From contig JAGIQG010000014.1 of the NCBI GenBank assembly GCA_024679065.1, positions 11,036,001 to 11,100,000 of the forward strand: a DNA stretch of 64,000 nucleotides, read 5' to 3'. Source of the stretch: Sphyrna mokarran (lineage: Eukaryota). A program made the position numbers and the translations under genes. Positions 22,535-35,885 of this stretch are shown one piece after another (positions within the stretch are counted from its first letter, which is position 1; each line of letters begins with the position of its first letter). The notes below the pieces were generated by a model. The model was not told the origin of the DNA and ran no database searches. It saw only the letters and a list, made by a program, of their open reading frames with translations.

Positions 22535-23050
22535 TCTCTGCGCAGTTCTGGTCGCCTCACTATAGGAAGGATGTGGAAGCTATTGAGAGAGTGCAGAGGA
22601 GATTTACAAGGATGCTGCCTGGATTGGGAGGCAAGCCTTATGAAGATAGGTTGAGGGAGCTGGGCCTCTTCTCACTGGAGAGATGTAGGTTGAGAGGCGA
22701 CCTGATAGAGGTTTATAAAAGGAATAGATAGGGTGGACTCTCAGAGACTATTTCCCCGAGCTGAAATGGTCACTACGAGAGGACACAGATTTAAGGTGCA
22801 GAGAAGCAAATACAGAGGAGATGTTAGAGGTAAGTTTTTCACTCAGAGGGCGGTGAGTGAATGGAATCGGCTGCCATTGGTGGTAATAGAGGCGAACTCA
22901 CTGGGGTCTTTTAAAAGACTTCTGGATGAGTATATGGGAACTAATGGGATAGGGGGTTATAGATAGGCCTGTGGCTTGGTAAGTATAGATATGATCAGCG
23001 CAACTCGTGGGCCGAAAGGCCTGTTTGTGCTGTAGTGTTCTATGTTCTAT
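22535..23050 (+). mobile_element. CR1-like LINE 3' fragment
   Basis: QFWSPHYRKDVEAIERV, ORF 22733-22966 and tail. Confidence 0.92.
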
Positions 23051-23731
23051 TATGATATGCCGAGTGCTCATCCAGATACAAAAGGATGTGAGGCAACTGG
23101 CCTCTCCCACCCTCCCACGCAGACAGTCACTACCCTCGGGGTAAAAACATTTTTCCTCACATTTCCCCCCCCCGACAAACTTCTTGCCCCTCCGCTTGAA
23201 CCTATGTCCCCTTGTGGCCGACTCTTCAACTGCTTATCCGCTCTGTCTCTCATAATCTTGTACACGTCTACACCTTTAACTTAAACAAGCATTCCAATTT
23301 AAAGAGACAAAGATAGTAATTCAATTATCCCTTTATTTAACACTTCTCGTGCCAACTCAAACATAAACAGTTGGAACTCATTAACTCCTTACTGAGTTTT
23401 GACTCTGACTGAACATCGAGTTTCAACTGAACTTTAACACTTAACATCAATTTTAACTATTTACCTGAAAGTAGATGCCACCGAGTTAGGCAAACCTTGG
23501 CCAAGAATTGTCCTGGCTATAGGATCAGCTTTCTTCTCTCTGAAGCATTCCTCAGGGTACAAGCTTTGTCGCGATGGTTATTCTCTTGGAATTATCGCTG
23601 CCAAGCAATGGACTCACATGACCTGCTTCCGGAAGATTCTCTATCCTCCGGCCAATTGAGTTACCAGAAACTCATCACATGGTTCGATTATCCAATGAAA
23701 TTACTTTCGAAAGAAGCCATGATGCTTAGTT

Positions 23732-24568
23732 CAAAGAACAAAGAACAAAACAGCACGGGAAACAGGCCCTTCGGCCCAACGAGCCCGCGCCGCCGCCACC
23801 CCGATGTTCCCACCTTTACCCGTGATCCCTGTCCATGTTTATAGATCTATGGATTAAAAACCAAATTTGACACAATTTAGGGAGAATTTGTTTTGCCAAT
23901 TAGCCTAAGAGCACATCTTTGGGATATGGGAGGAAACCGGAGCACCCGGAGAAAACCACGCAAGCACGGGGAGAATGCGCAAACTCCCACAGACACAGGC
24001 CCAAATCCATGTATCTGCACAGCACAGCGATAGTCACTGAGCTGTCATGTTGTCCATCAAATGGTCCAGGTCAAGCATACACTAACGACGTGAAGCACTA
24101 GGATACTCTCGAAAAAATATCCAAGAGCAGCCCTCTCACGACCCATCGCGTGTATGCCCCTTGTTAGACAACAAGGCGGACCAAAACACCTGTAGGATAA
24201 AAACAAGTACATCAATATCATCATCTATTTACACACTTCCCAGGGACTCCCAAGGCTCATGATCCCTATCTTAAATCAGTTTTCTATACCCCTCCATTCC
24301 CATTCTGTTCATGTGCCCATCTAAGTATTTCTTAAATAACTCCAGAGTACCTGCCTCCACCACTTTAGTTGGCAGTGCATTCCATACCCCCACCACCCTC
24401 TGTGTGAAAAAACTCCCTCTAGTTTTATACCTTATATAAAAGGTTATAAGGGGTAATGTTATACAAATTATACCTTACCCCCCCCCACCCTAAGCCTATG
24501 ACTCCTCGTGCTATTTGAGTCCATCCTAGGAAAAAGCTTAACTCTGTTTACTCTATCTATACCCCTCA
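23732..24568 (-). mobile_element. Chimeric CR1-like LINE 3' end with SINE-derived 3' UTR (copy 1)
   Basis: Near-identical to 40587-41394: ORF2 C-terminus, then spacer, decayed SINE head, V-domain and tail. Confidence 0.85.
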
Positions 24569-25064
24569 ATAAATCAGAGTTGCCCATGTCTCAGGTAATG
24601 TAAACAACTTCTCTCATCTGACCAACACAGGAAGCCTCACATCACGGCTCGCAGACCAGAGCTTCTTCACCATGGGCGTCTGGTTTTAATCGATACGGTG
24701 ACCAAAATTCCCAGCATACTTCACTCTTAGCCACAACACCCATTTTAAAGGCACTATTGCCATTACTGTTCTGAAATCATCGTTGTAACCATTATTTTTC
24801 AGTGCAAACCTCGTTGAGGTCGCCCCCTCAGTCTTCTCTGCTCCAACTCAAGCTTTCTTCGTAACTTAAATATTCCATCCCAGGCAGCATCCTCTGCACC
24901 CCCTCCAGTGCAATCACATCCTCCCTATAATGTGGTGACTACAACTGCACACAGTATTCTAGCTGTAGTTTGATACAATCATAACTCCCTGGTTTATAAT
25001 CTGTCTCTTGTTCTATGCCCCAAGATGTTGATAGTGGAGGACTCAGTGATGGTAACAGCGATGG

Positions 25065-25440
25065 AGATAGGTAAGATCATGAAGGGGCTAGATAGGGTCG
25101 CGGTAGAGAGATTCTTCCTGCTTAGAAAGCAGAGCAGAATTAAAGGGCACAGCCTCAAAATAAGGGGAGGAGGTGTAGTTTAGATCGGAGTTGAGGAGGA
25201 ACTTCTTCACTCAAAGGGTCGTGAGTCTCTGGAATTCTCTGCCCATTGAAGTGGTGGAGGCTACCCAGCTGAATATATTTAAGTCACGGGTAGATAGGTT
25301 TCTGATAGACAAAGGAATCAGGGGAGAAAGTGGGAAAGTGGAACTGATCCATTTCAGATTAGCCATGATCTTATTGAATGGCGGGGCAGGCTCGAGGGGC
25401 TGGATGGCCGACTCCTGCTCCTATTTCTTATGTTCTATGT
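25065..25440 (+). mobile_element. CR1-like LINE 3' fragment (other subfamily)
   Basis: RRNFFTQRVVSLWNSLP and tail. Confidence 0.85.
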
Positions 25441-25809
25441 AATGCCATAGAATGTCAAGGGGCGATACTTACACCCTTCCCTGTTGGCCTTGGTCATTGC
25501 CTGGTACACATTAACTTGTGACATGACTGTTTCCATGCAATAAGCAACTCAATGTTGGATTTAGTATGCAACAGGCAACAGGCCAGTAACAATACCACAA
25601 CTTCCTGGCTAAGATAATGTTTCAGGAAGGACTGTGCCTAAGAAGAATGAAGATGAGATGGAGCCTGATCCACATAGATAACAGTGAGATTCTATTCTAA
25701 GATTCTTTTAAACACTTGGGGTTACGCCAGCTGTGTCTGGGGCAGAGATTAGTGACCACTCTTACAACATCGAGAATCAGAAGGGAAGAATTTGGTTACT
25801 GTCAGCGAT

Positions 25810-26470
25810 ATAGAGTGAATCTCCCTCTACACTGTCCCCATCAAACACTCCCAAAACACAAACAAACCCCTCTACACTGTCCCCATCAAACACTCCCAGG
25901 ACAGGTACAGCACGGGGTTAGATACAGAGTAAATCTCCCTCTACACTGTCCCCATCAAACACTCCCAGGACAGGTACAGCACGGGGTTAGATACAAGAAA
26001 TCCTTACACTGTCCCCATCAAACACTCCCAGGACAGGTACAGCACGGGTTAGATACAGAGTAAACTCCCTCTACACTGTCCCCATCAAACACTCCCAGAC
26101 AGGTACAGCACGGGGTTAGATACAGAGTAAATCTCCCTCTACACTGTCCCATCAAACACTCCAGACAGGACAGCAGGGTAGATACAGAGTAATCCCTCAC
26201 ACTGTCCCCATCAAACACTCCCAGGACAGGACACACGGGTTATACAGAGTAAATCTCCCTCTACACTGTCCCCATCAAACACTCCCAGACAGGTACAGCA
26301 CGGGGTTAGATACAGAGTAAATCCCCCTCTACACTGTCCCCATCAAACACTCCCAGGACAGGTACAACACGGGGTTAGATACAGAGTAAATCTCCCTCTA
26401 CACTGTCCCCATCAAACACTCCCAGGACAGGTACAACATGGGGTTAAATACAGAGTAAAGCTCCCTCTAC
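25810..26470 (+). repeat. 69-bp satellite (ACAGAGTAAATCTCCCTCTACACTGTCCCCATCAAACACTCCCAGGACAGGTACAGCACGGGGTTAGAT), ~10 copies
   Basis: catcaaacac recurs at 26341 and 26410. Confidence 0.95.
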
Positions 26471-26474
26471 ATTC

Positions 26475-27000
26475 ATAGAAAATGGAATCTAGAATAGCCC
26501 ATTCAGCCCCTCGAGTCTGCTGTTCGATTCATTATGATCATTGGCTGATCATCAAATCCTGATCCCACTCTTCCTCCCCATATCCCTTGATCCCTTTATC
26601 CCCAAGAGCTCTATCTAATTTCTTCTTGAAATTGGACATTGTTTTGGCCTCAACTACTTTCTGTGACAGTGAATTCCACACATTCACCACACTCTGGGTG
26701 AAGAAATTTCTCTTCACCTCAATTCTAAAAAGTTTATCCCTTATCTTCAAACTATGACCCCTAGTTCTGGACTCCCCTCACCATTGGTAACATTCTTTCT
26801 GAATCTACCCTGTCCAATTCTGCTAGGATGTTATAAAGTTTGTATGAGATCCCCTCTCACTCTTCTGAACTCCGGTCAATATAATCCTAATCGATTTAGT
26901 CTCTCCTGATAGAACAGACCTACCATCCAGGAAAGCTTCGCTGTACTCCCTCCGTAGCAAAGACATCCTTCCTCAGATAAAGTCACCAAAACTGCAAACG
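26475..27000 (-). mobile_element. CR1-like LINE 3' fragment
   Basis: ORF 26538-26750 KRNFFTQSVVNVWNSL. Confidence 0.85.
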
Positions 27001-27242
27001 GTACTACACACAAACCGCCTGTTTCTTCACAAAATATGGCTTTCATCGAGGCTTCCAACATTTTTTATTATTTATGATTGTCTCAGTGAAGTTATTTCTG
27101 CTCCAAGACTTGACCTGCAGTATCTCCTGTGGACTGGCAGTGGAGCTGTTTTCCTTCCGAGCAGTATCTATCACTGTGTGCAGTTACCTCACTATCTCTG
27201 TCCCTCGCCGTGTCCCTCCTTCTGTGCCTCTTCCTTTCTCAC

Positions 27243-28110
27243 AGCACCAGGTTAAAGTCCAACCACTTTATTTGGTGGCAGAAGCCACCAGCTTTCGGAG
27301 CACTGCTCCTTCGTCAGGTTAAGTGGGAATTTTTGTTCACAAACAGGGCACAAACTCAATTTACAAAATAATGGTTGGAATGCGAGTCTCTACAGGTAAT
27401 CAAGTCTTAAAGGTACAGATAATGTGAGTGGAGAGAAGGTTAAGCACAGGTTAAAGAGATGTGTATTGTCTCCAGACAGGACACTTAGTGGGATTTTGCA
27501 AGCCCAGGCAAGTCGTGGTGATTATAGAAGTGTGGCATGGACCCAAGATCCCAGTTGAGGCATGATCTCCCCAGTGAAACATGCCTCAGGACATCCTTTC
27601 CTGCAGTGTATCAGGTAGACAACGTTGGCCGAGTTCCAAGAGTACGGACTGTTTTCCTGGTGAGAAGATGGCATCCATGCTGATGATCCGGCATGTCTTG
27701 CAGAGGTTGCTGTGGCAGGTTTGTGTGGTGTTGTGGTCACTGTTCTCCTGAAGGTTGGATAGTTTGCTGCGGACAATGGTTTGTTTGAGGTTGTGCAGTT
27801 GTTTGAAGGCAAGAAGTGGGGATGTGGGGATGGCCCTGGCGAGATGTTCGTCTTCATCAATGACATGTTGAAGACTCCGGAGAAGATGCCATAGCTTCTC
27901 CGCTCCAGGGAAGTACTGGACGACAAAGGGTACTCTGTCCACCGTGTCCAGTGTTTGTCTTCTGAGGAGGTTGGTGCGGTTTTTCGCTATGGCACGTCAG
28001 AACTGTTGATCGATGAGTCTTCCGATGTCTAGATGTGTCTGTTGCGATCCTCCTCATCTGAGCAGATCCTGTGTGCACGGACAGCTTGTCAGTTGGGGAT
28101 GGCTTCTTTA
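27243..28110 (-). mobile_element. Penelope-like element fragment (RT thumb/linker, GIY-YIG start, terminal repeat)
   Basis: DRVPFVVQYFPGAEKL...PLLAFKQ..NLKQTIVRSKL, CxxxxCxxC linker and NVVYLIHCRKGCP. Terminal repeat carries a hammerhead-like core. Confidence 0.85.
27285..27321 (-). ncRNA. Minimal hammerhead ribozyme-like motif (Penelope-associated)
   Basis: Minus strand AAC-CUGACGA-A-GGAGC-AGU-GCUCC-GAAA-GCU-GGUGG. Core intact, helix I weakened. Confidence 0.6.
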
Positions 28111-28449
28111 ACGTCGTCACGCTCCGGGTACACTGAGGGTGAATTTAGCACGGCCAATGCACCTAACCCAGCATGGGGGAAGGTTAGACTCTGTGTGGAT
28201 GAAACCGCAAAGGTAAAAAGACAGGTTTGATGAAGTGAATGTTAATTAAATGATCCCCCTTCTCAAACAGTCTAGGCCAAGGGAGCAAGAGGAGGCAGGT
28301 TCAAGACAGAGATAAGGAGCAGCTACTCCTCGAGGTTGTGAATCTATGCCCCAGAATACAGTGGTGCAGAATCAATCAATGGATTCAAGAAAAAGATAAA
28401 AAAATGTTGATCAAAAGTGGGAAGTGGAGTTAGGATGAGATGAGTTAGG

Positions 28450-29080
28450 ATGGTGGTCAAGAAGGCGTATGGTGTACTGGCCTTCATTAATCAAGGGGTT
28501 GAGTTTAGGAGTCGGGAGGTAATGCTGCAACTTTATAAGACCCTTGTCAGACCCCACTTGGAGTACTGTGCTCATTCTGGTCACTATAGGAAGGATGTAG
28601 AGGCTATTGAGAGAATGCAGAGGAGATTTACAAGGATGCTGCCTGGATTGGGAGGCAGGCCTTATGAAGATAGATTGAGGGAGCTGGGACTCTTCTCCCT
28701 GGAGAGACGAAGGTTGAGAGGCGACCTGATAGAGGTTTATAAAATGTTGAGAGGGATAGACAGGGTGGACTCTCAGAGACTATTTCCCAGGGCTGAAATG
28801 GCCGCGACGAGAGGACACAGATTTAAAATGCAGGGAAGCAAATACAGAGGAGATGTAAGTTTTTCACTCAGAGGGTGGTGAGTGAATGGAATCGGCTGCC
28901 GTTGGTGGTGGTAGAAGCGAACTCGCTGTGGTCTTTTAAGAGACTTCTGGATGAGTATATGGGAACTAATGGGATAGGGGGTTATAGATAGGTCTATGGC
29001 TTGGTAGGTATAGATGTGATCGGCGCAACTTGTGGGCTGAAGGGCCTGTTTGTGCTGTAGTGTTCTATGTTCTATGTTCA
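28450..29080 (+). mobile_element. CR1-like LINE 3' fragment
   Basis: ORF 28450-28881 plus tail. Confidence 0.92.
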
Positions 29081-29179
29081 TATAGGATGGTGGAGTGCGC
29101 TTGAGGGGCTGAATTCCCTACTCTCTCTCTAATGCTCTTTTTTCCTTTTTATTAAGGATGAAATTTCAGATACTTGTAA

Positions 29180-30440
29180 GTAAAATAGGGCATGGTTTCA
29201 TTAAGGGGAGATGATGCCTGACAAATCTGTTAGAATTCTTCGAGGTGGTAAGGAATAGGTTAGACAAAGGGGAGCCAGTGGATGTTATTGACTTCGATTT
29301 CCAGAAGGTCTTTGACAAGGTGTCACGCTGCTGAGTAAATTAACAACCCGCGGTGTTAGAGGTGAGGTGCGAGCAAGGATAAATGATTAACTGGCAGAGA
29401 GTGGGAATAAAAGAGCCCTTTTCAGGGTGTCAGCTGGGGAATAGCGAAGGTGTTGGGACCTTAACTTTACACTTTATTTATCAACGATCTAGATGAAAGA
29501 ACTTCAGGGCATTGTGACCAAGTTTATAGATGACACAAAGATAGGCGGAGTGACAGGCAGTGTTGAAGAGCTGAGGTGACTGCAGAAGGAGATTAGGAGA
29601 ATGGGTAAGGAAGTAGAACATAAAACATTACAGCACAGAACAGGCCCTTTGGCCCTCAATGTTGCGCCGACCAATTAAGAAAAAGCAATGACCCTCTAAC
29701 CTAAACCATTCCCTTTTCATCCATAAACCTATCCATTGACCTCTTAAACGCCCCCAAACTTGGCACATCTACAACTGCAGCAGGCAGGGCATTCCATACC
29801 CTTACCACCCTCTGGGTAAAGAACCTACCTCTGACATCCGTCCTACAACCACCACCCCTTAATTTAAAGCTGTGTCCCCTCGTGCTAGCTTTCTCCATCC
29901 GAGGAAAAAGGCTATCACTGTCCACCCTATCTAAACCTCTGATCATCTATATGCCTCAATAAGGTCTCCTCTTAGCTGCCTTCTTTCTAACGAAAACAAC
30001 CTCAAATCCCTCAGCCTCTCCTCATAAGACTTACCCATCATACCAGGCAACATCCTGGTAAACCTCCTCTCCAATGCCTCCACATCTTTCTTATAATGCG
30101 GGGACCAGAACTGTACACAATACTCCAAGTGCGGCCGCACTAGAGTTTTGTACAGTTGCAACATGACGTTGCGGCTCCGAAATTCAATCCCCCTACCAAT
30201 AAAAGCTAAGACTCCGTATGCCTTCTTAACAACTTTATCGACTTGATTGCCAACTTTCAGGGATCAATACACATATACACCAAGATCCCTCTGGAAGTGG
30301 CAGATGGAATGCAATGTGGAATAGTGTGAGCACTTTGGTAGGAAGAACAGAAGCAAAGACTATTTTCTAAATGGAGCAAATTCAAAATTGAAAGCACAAA
30401 AGGACTTGGGAGTTTTGGTTCTGGATTCTCTTTAAGTTTG
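29180..30440 (+). mobile_element. Old CR1-like RT fragment split by a younger minus-strand CR1 (29615-30292)
   Basis: Host reads DFQKVFDKV...KFIDDTK...KWQME. The insert has ORFs 29701-30164 (-). GGAAGT is duplicated at 29609-29614 and 30293-30298. Confidence 0.82.
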
Positions 30441-30457
30441 ACTTGCAGCTTCAGTTA

Positions 30458-30725
30458 GAACGTAGAAAAATTACAGCACAAACAGGCCCTTCGGCCCACA
30501 AGTTGCGCCAAACATATCCCAATTTACTAGACTTATCTATAACCCTTCATCTTACTAAGTCCCATGTACTTATCCAAAAGTCTCTTAAAAAGCCCTATCG
30601 AATCCACCTCCACCACCACCGCCTACGCCAATTCCACTCACCCACCACCCTCTGAGTGATAAACTTACCCCTAACATCTCCTCTGTACCTACTCCCCAGC
30701 ACCTTAATCCTGTGTCCTCTTGTGA
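30458..30725 (-). mobile_element. CR1-like LINE 3' end
   Basis: Reverse-complement tail (acaggcccttcggcccaca) and ORF2 end. Confidence 0.8.
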
Positions 30726-30729
30726 CAAT

Positions 30730-31120
30730 GACGTAGAGATGTTGGCGTTGGATTGGGGTGAACACAGTAAGAAGTCTGGCAACACCAGGTTAAAGTCCAA
30801 CCGATTTATTTGATAGTAAACTCACAAGCTTTCGAGGCTATTCTCTTCGTCAGGCGAATGAGGTGTTCTGGTCTCAAACAGCACATATAACAGCACAGAC
30901 TGTTTACAGATTGCTGATTAGAATGTGAATCCCTACACCTAACCTGCTATTCAAGTCTTAAAGTGGCTAACAATGTGTGAGTGGAAGGAGCACTGAGCAC
31001 AGGTTAGAGAGATGTGTATTGTCCCCAGACAGCACAGTAAGTGAGGTTTTTTTTGCTAACCCAGGCAAGTCATGGGGGTTACAGATAGTGTGACATGAAC
31101 CTCAGATCCCTGTTGAGAGG
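30730..31120 (-). mobile_element. Penelope-like terminal repeat/3' fragment
   Basis: Homologous to 27243-27560 and 36020-36357. Confidence 0.78.
30821..30858 (-). ncRNA. Minimal hammerhead ribozyme-like motif (best-preserved copy)
   Basis: Minus strand UUCGC-CUGACGA-A-GAG-AAUAGC-CUC-GAAA-GCU-U-GUGAG. Helix I (with G-U pairs), core, helix II and palindromic AGCU helix III are present. Confidence 0.68.
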
Positions 31121-31764
31121 CAGCCGTTTCAGCCCTGGGGAAAAAGCCTCTGAGAATTCACTCGATCTCTCAACAGTAGAGTTGGCAGTGCGGAAGGCAA
31201 ATGCAACTTTAGCATTTATTTTGAGAGATTTAGAAAACAAAAGCAGGGATAAACTGCTGAAGCTTTATAAAGTTCGACCAGATTTAGAACATTGTGGGTG
31301 ACTCTTGACCATCCGAAAGGCTGACCAGAGAAGAAAGGAAGTAAGAAGCTGCCATCGAGGCTCACCTTTGTGACAACATAGAACATAGAACATAGGACAT
31401 AGAACATTACAGCGCAGAACAGGCTCTTCGGCCTTCGATGTTCCGCCGACCAATATAAAAAGCAATAACCTGGAGCAGAGGGATTCAGAGAATGGAGCCT
31501 TCAGTTTGAACCAAACTATCTTTGTGGGTAATATACTTGAATTTCGGGTATCCTCTTGTTTTATGTGGGTAATTTAAGGGTTAATACTGTTATTATTAAT
31601 AAAATTTCTTGAACTTTTACGTTGTTTCTGCTTTGTCCATCTTGTAAATAAGAACAGCAGGTAAAACTTTAGATTAAGCAAACTGGTCAAAAGTATCTAG
31701 AATTAATAGGTACAGCAGTCCCACATGTCAGATTGGTACAAAAACTAAAATCACACAGATTTTA

Positions 31765-32150
31765 GTGCAGTCTGTCAGTGGGTCAGTGCTGAGGGAGTGC
31801 TGCACTGTCAGTGGGTCAGTACTGAGGGAGTGCTGCGCTGTCAGAGGGTCAGTACTGAGGGAGTGCTGCAATGTCAGAGGGTCAGTACTGTGGGATTGCC
31901 GCACTGTCAGAGGGTCAGTACTGAGGGAGTGCTGCACTGTCAGGGGGTCAGTACTGAGGGAGTACTGCACTGTCAGAGGGTCAGTACTGAGGGAGTGCTG
32001 CACTGTCAGAGGGTCAGTACTGTGGGATTGCCGCACTGTCAGAGGGTCAGTACTGAGGGAGCACCGCAGTGTCAGAGGGTCAGTACTGTGGGATTGCTGC
32101 ACTGTCAGAGGGTCAGTACTGAGGGAAAACTGTACTGTCAAAGGGTCAGA
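31765..32150 (+). repeat. 33-bp minisatellite (GTCAGAGGGTCAGTACTGAGGGAGTGCTGCACT), ~11-12 copies
   Basis: 11-aa periodic translation VRGSVLRECCT. Confidence 0.95.
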
Positions 32151-33259
32151 AAAGTTTTCCTCACATCTCAACGTGGAGAGTGGGTGAGCTGGTGAGTCAT
32201 GCAAGTATATCGCGTTGAGTATAACAATTTGCGTTTTCCGATAGTGTGTTAAATCTATTTTCTGACACTAAATTGTATGCCATTATGGAAAATGTTTACT
32301 TTTGTTGATGACCTCCTTGACAATGACAATTCCCAAACTGTGCTGGAACCAAGACTGCTAACCACTGTTCATTGCTTCACAGCTGAATCTCTTCAGCCCA
32401 GACAGCATCCTGGTGAATCTCATCTGCTCCTTCTCCATTGCAATCACACCCTTACGCACAGAGTACGCTAGCTGTGATCTAGCCAGCGTTTTATACTGCT
32501 CCATCATAACCTCCCTGCTCCGATATTCAATTGAAAGGGCCTTGGACAAACACCAAAATTATATTTAGAAGCTGGATTAGACCTCAAGAGTTTTTCTATT
32601 TTGGCATAATCGTAAGGATAGAATGCTTTTCCCCGGGAGTAATTCCGCTGACAAAATAGAAATGATTTATAGAAAAACAAACTTTATTTAATAACTGTTC
32701 AAATGTCATTCGAACGAATGATACAACTATTAACAATTGAACAATATTCAAAAAAACAACTTTAATTTCTTCTCACTGTTTCAGTTCCAAATAAGTAACA
32801 TTCTTCTTACAGACACCAAAGCCATTTTAAATACAGTTAGCAAACTATATTTGCTTTACTCAGTGTAGATAGTCTTAAGTATTTCAGAGAGGTTTTGATT
32901 TTCAGAGTGGCTTACAACTATCTATCTTCCAATTCCCAAGATTCTTTCTCCGTACTAGACCTAGCCTCACCATTAACCACATCATCATGTGACCCTGCCA
33001 ATCTACATCTACTTTACAATCCTTCAATCAAGAACCCCAGGAAAATTTTTCTTCTGGTAAACAAAAAAATCCATTATCTCAATCCTTAGTAAACACTACA
33101 TGGATAAAATGAGTCATTATGCTGTTTATTCAGCATCGGAGCTGTTTTCCTTCCAACATACTGACTACCTGTAGGAAAATAAAACAAAATTTTAATGCAG
33201 TTTATTCAAACAGATAAAAAATAATACCATTTATATAACAACTTGGATTTGTAAATTTT

Positions 33260-34170
33260 GGATTAGTAAATTTGCGGATGACACTAAAGTCGGTGGAGTG
33301 GTAGATAGTGAAGAGGGGTGTTATAGTTTGCAGAGAGACTTGGACAAGTTGCAGAGCTGGGCCGAGAGGTGGCAAATGGAGTTTAATGTGGAAAAGTGTG
33401 AGGTAATGCACTCTGGCAGGAACAATAAATGTGTAGAGTATAGGGCTAATGGTAGGGCTCTTAATAGTGTTGAGGAACAGAAGGATCTTGGTGTATGTGT
33501 CAATAGATCCCTGAAAGTAGGCAGTCAAGTGGATAAAGTTGTTAAGAAGGCTTATGGAGTCTTAGCTTTTATTGGTAGGGGGATTGAATTTAGGAGCCGC
33601 AGCATCATGTTGCAACTGTACAAAACTCTAGTGCGGCCGCACTTGGAGTATTGTGTGCAGTTCTGGTCCCCACATTATAAGAAAGATGTGGAGGCATTGG
33701 AGAGGGTACAGAGGAGGTTTACCAGGATGTTGCCTGGTATGGAGGGCAGGTCTTATGAAGAGAGGCTGAGGATTTGAGGTTGTTTTCGTTAGAAAGGAGG
33801 CGGCTAAGAGGGGACCTAATCGAAACATATAAGATGATTAGAGGTTTAGATAGGGTGGACAGTGATAGCCTTTTTCCTAGGATGGAGAAAGCTAGCACGA
33901 GGGGACACAGCTTTAAATTAAGGGGTATGAGTTATAGGACGTATATCAGAGGTAGGTTCTTTACTCAAAGAGTGATTAGGGAGTGGAATGCCCTGCCTGC
34001 AGCTGTTGTAGATGCGCCAAGTTTGGTGGCGTTTACGAGGTTAATTGATAAGTATATGGAAGAGAAGGGAATGGTTTAGTTTGGAGGGACATTGCTTTTT
34101 ATATTGGTCGGCGCAACATCGAGGGCCAAAGGGCCTGTTCTGTGCTGTAATGTTCTATGTTCTATGTTCT
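33260..34170 (+). mobile_element. CR1-like LINE 3' fragment
   Basis: ORFs 33298-33777 and 33774-34079 (one frameshift) plus tail. Confidence 0.93.
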
Positions 34171-34919
34171 AACTATCACCCCACTATGCCTCAGCTTTAA
34201 ATGCCTTCTTAACTACCCTATCTACTTGTCTCGCTGCCTTCAGGGATCTATGAATGTGCAGCCCAAGATCCCTCTGCTCCTCTGTCCTTCCAAACTTCCT
34301 ACCATTCATTGTATATTCCCCTGACTTGTTAGTCCTCCCGAAATGCGTTAGTTTACTCAGAGGGTGGTGAATTCCCAGAATCTTCCAGTCCAGAGGGCTG
34401 TAGAAGGTCAATCATTGGGTATGTTCAAGAAAGAAATGGGTACTTCCTGGAGATTAATGATAGCTGTGGATTTATTAGATAACGGAGCAGGCTCGAGAGG
34501 CTGAAGGGCCCACTTCCGCTTTGTACTCAATCGCGATATTATTGGTGAGACCACATCAGGAGTATTTTGCACAGTACTGGTCTGCTTATTTAAGAAAGTC
34601 TGTCAAAGTGTTGAAAGCAGTTCAGAGAAAGTTCTCTAAACTAATATCAGGAATGGGCGGGGTGTTGTATGAGGAATGGTTGGAGAGGTTAGTTTGTATC
34701 CTCCGGAGTTTAGAAGAGGACTAATTTGAGCCATTCGGATCCTGAGGGATATTGCCAGGGTGGATGTGGAGAGGATGTTTTCTCTTGTGGGAGAATCTAG
34801 ACCCCAGGGGTCACTGTTTAAAAATAAGGAAGTCGCTCGTTTAGGATGAGGAGGAATTTTTCTCTCTCGGAGGGTAGGGGAGTCTCTGCGACTGTCTTCC
34901 TCAAAGGTAGCAGAAGCAG

Positions 34920-35210
34920 TCACAGAAACCCCTACACTGCGGAAGGAGGCCATTCCGGCCATCAACAATAACAATCTTACTCAGGCCCTCTAACCATATC
35001 CCGCGCATTTACCCTCCTCATCCCCCTGACACTAAGCGTCAATTTAACATGGCCAATCAACTTAACCAGCACATCATTAGACTATGGGAGGAAACCCGGA
35101 GGGAACCCATGCAGACACGGGGAGAATGTACATAGACAGTAAGCCGAGGCTGGAATTGAATGCCATCCCTGTTGCTGTGAGGCAGCAATGTTGACCACTG
35201 TGCCCCCATG
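34920..35210 (-). mobile_element. tRNA-derived V-SINE (HE1-like), decayed, inserted in an older CR1 fragment (34540-35370)
   Basis: Minus head ggggcacagtggtcaacattgctgcctcacagc...gcattcaattcc, V-domain remnant and tail. Confidence 0.75.
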
Positions 35211-35374
35211 CTACTGTGATAGTCTTTGAATATTTTAAAGGTATATCCTGGATTAACAAGGAGGTGAAAAGTTATCGGGGGAAGGGCCGGCAGGAAGGTG
35301 GGGTTGAGGTTACAATCAGATGAGCCATGATCTTATTGAACGGGATCGAGGAGCCGAGTGGCCTACTTTCTAGC

Positions 35375-35885
35375 TGAGGTCGGTCACTAGTGATGTGCCG
35401 CAGGGCTCGGTACTGGGACCTCTTCTATTTGTAATATATATAAATGACTTGGAAGAGGGAGTAAGTGGAGTGATCAGCAAGTTTGCAGACGGTACAAAGA
35501 TGGCTGGACTTGCGGATATTGAGGAGCATTGTCAGGCGATGCAGCAGGACATAGATAGGCTGGTAGCTTGGGCAGATAGATGGTAGATGGAATTCAATTC
35601 TGATAAATTCGAGGTGATGCATTTCAGGAGAAAGAATGTAGGGGGGAGGTATATGATAAAGGGTAGACCTATTAAGAGTATAGAAACGCAGAGGGACCTG
35701 GGGGTGCAGGTGAACAAGTCTCTGAAGGTGGCAGAACAGGTAGAGAAGGTTGTGAAGAAAGCATATAGTATGCTAGCCTTTATAGGTATAGAGTACAAGA
35801 GTTGGCCTTTAACGTTGCAGTTGTATAAAACGCTGGTTAGACCTCATTTGGAATACTGCGTCCAGTTCTGGTCGCCCTACTACCG
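35375..35885 (+). mobile_element. CR1-like RT fragment truncated by Penelope-like sequence
   Basis: [39 protein letters not shown]. Confidence 0.88.
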
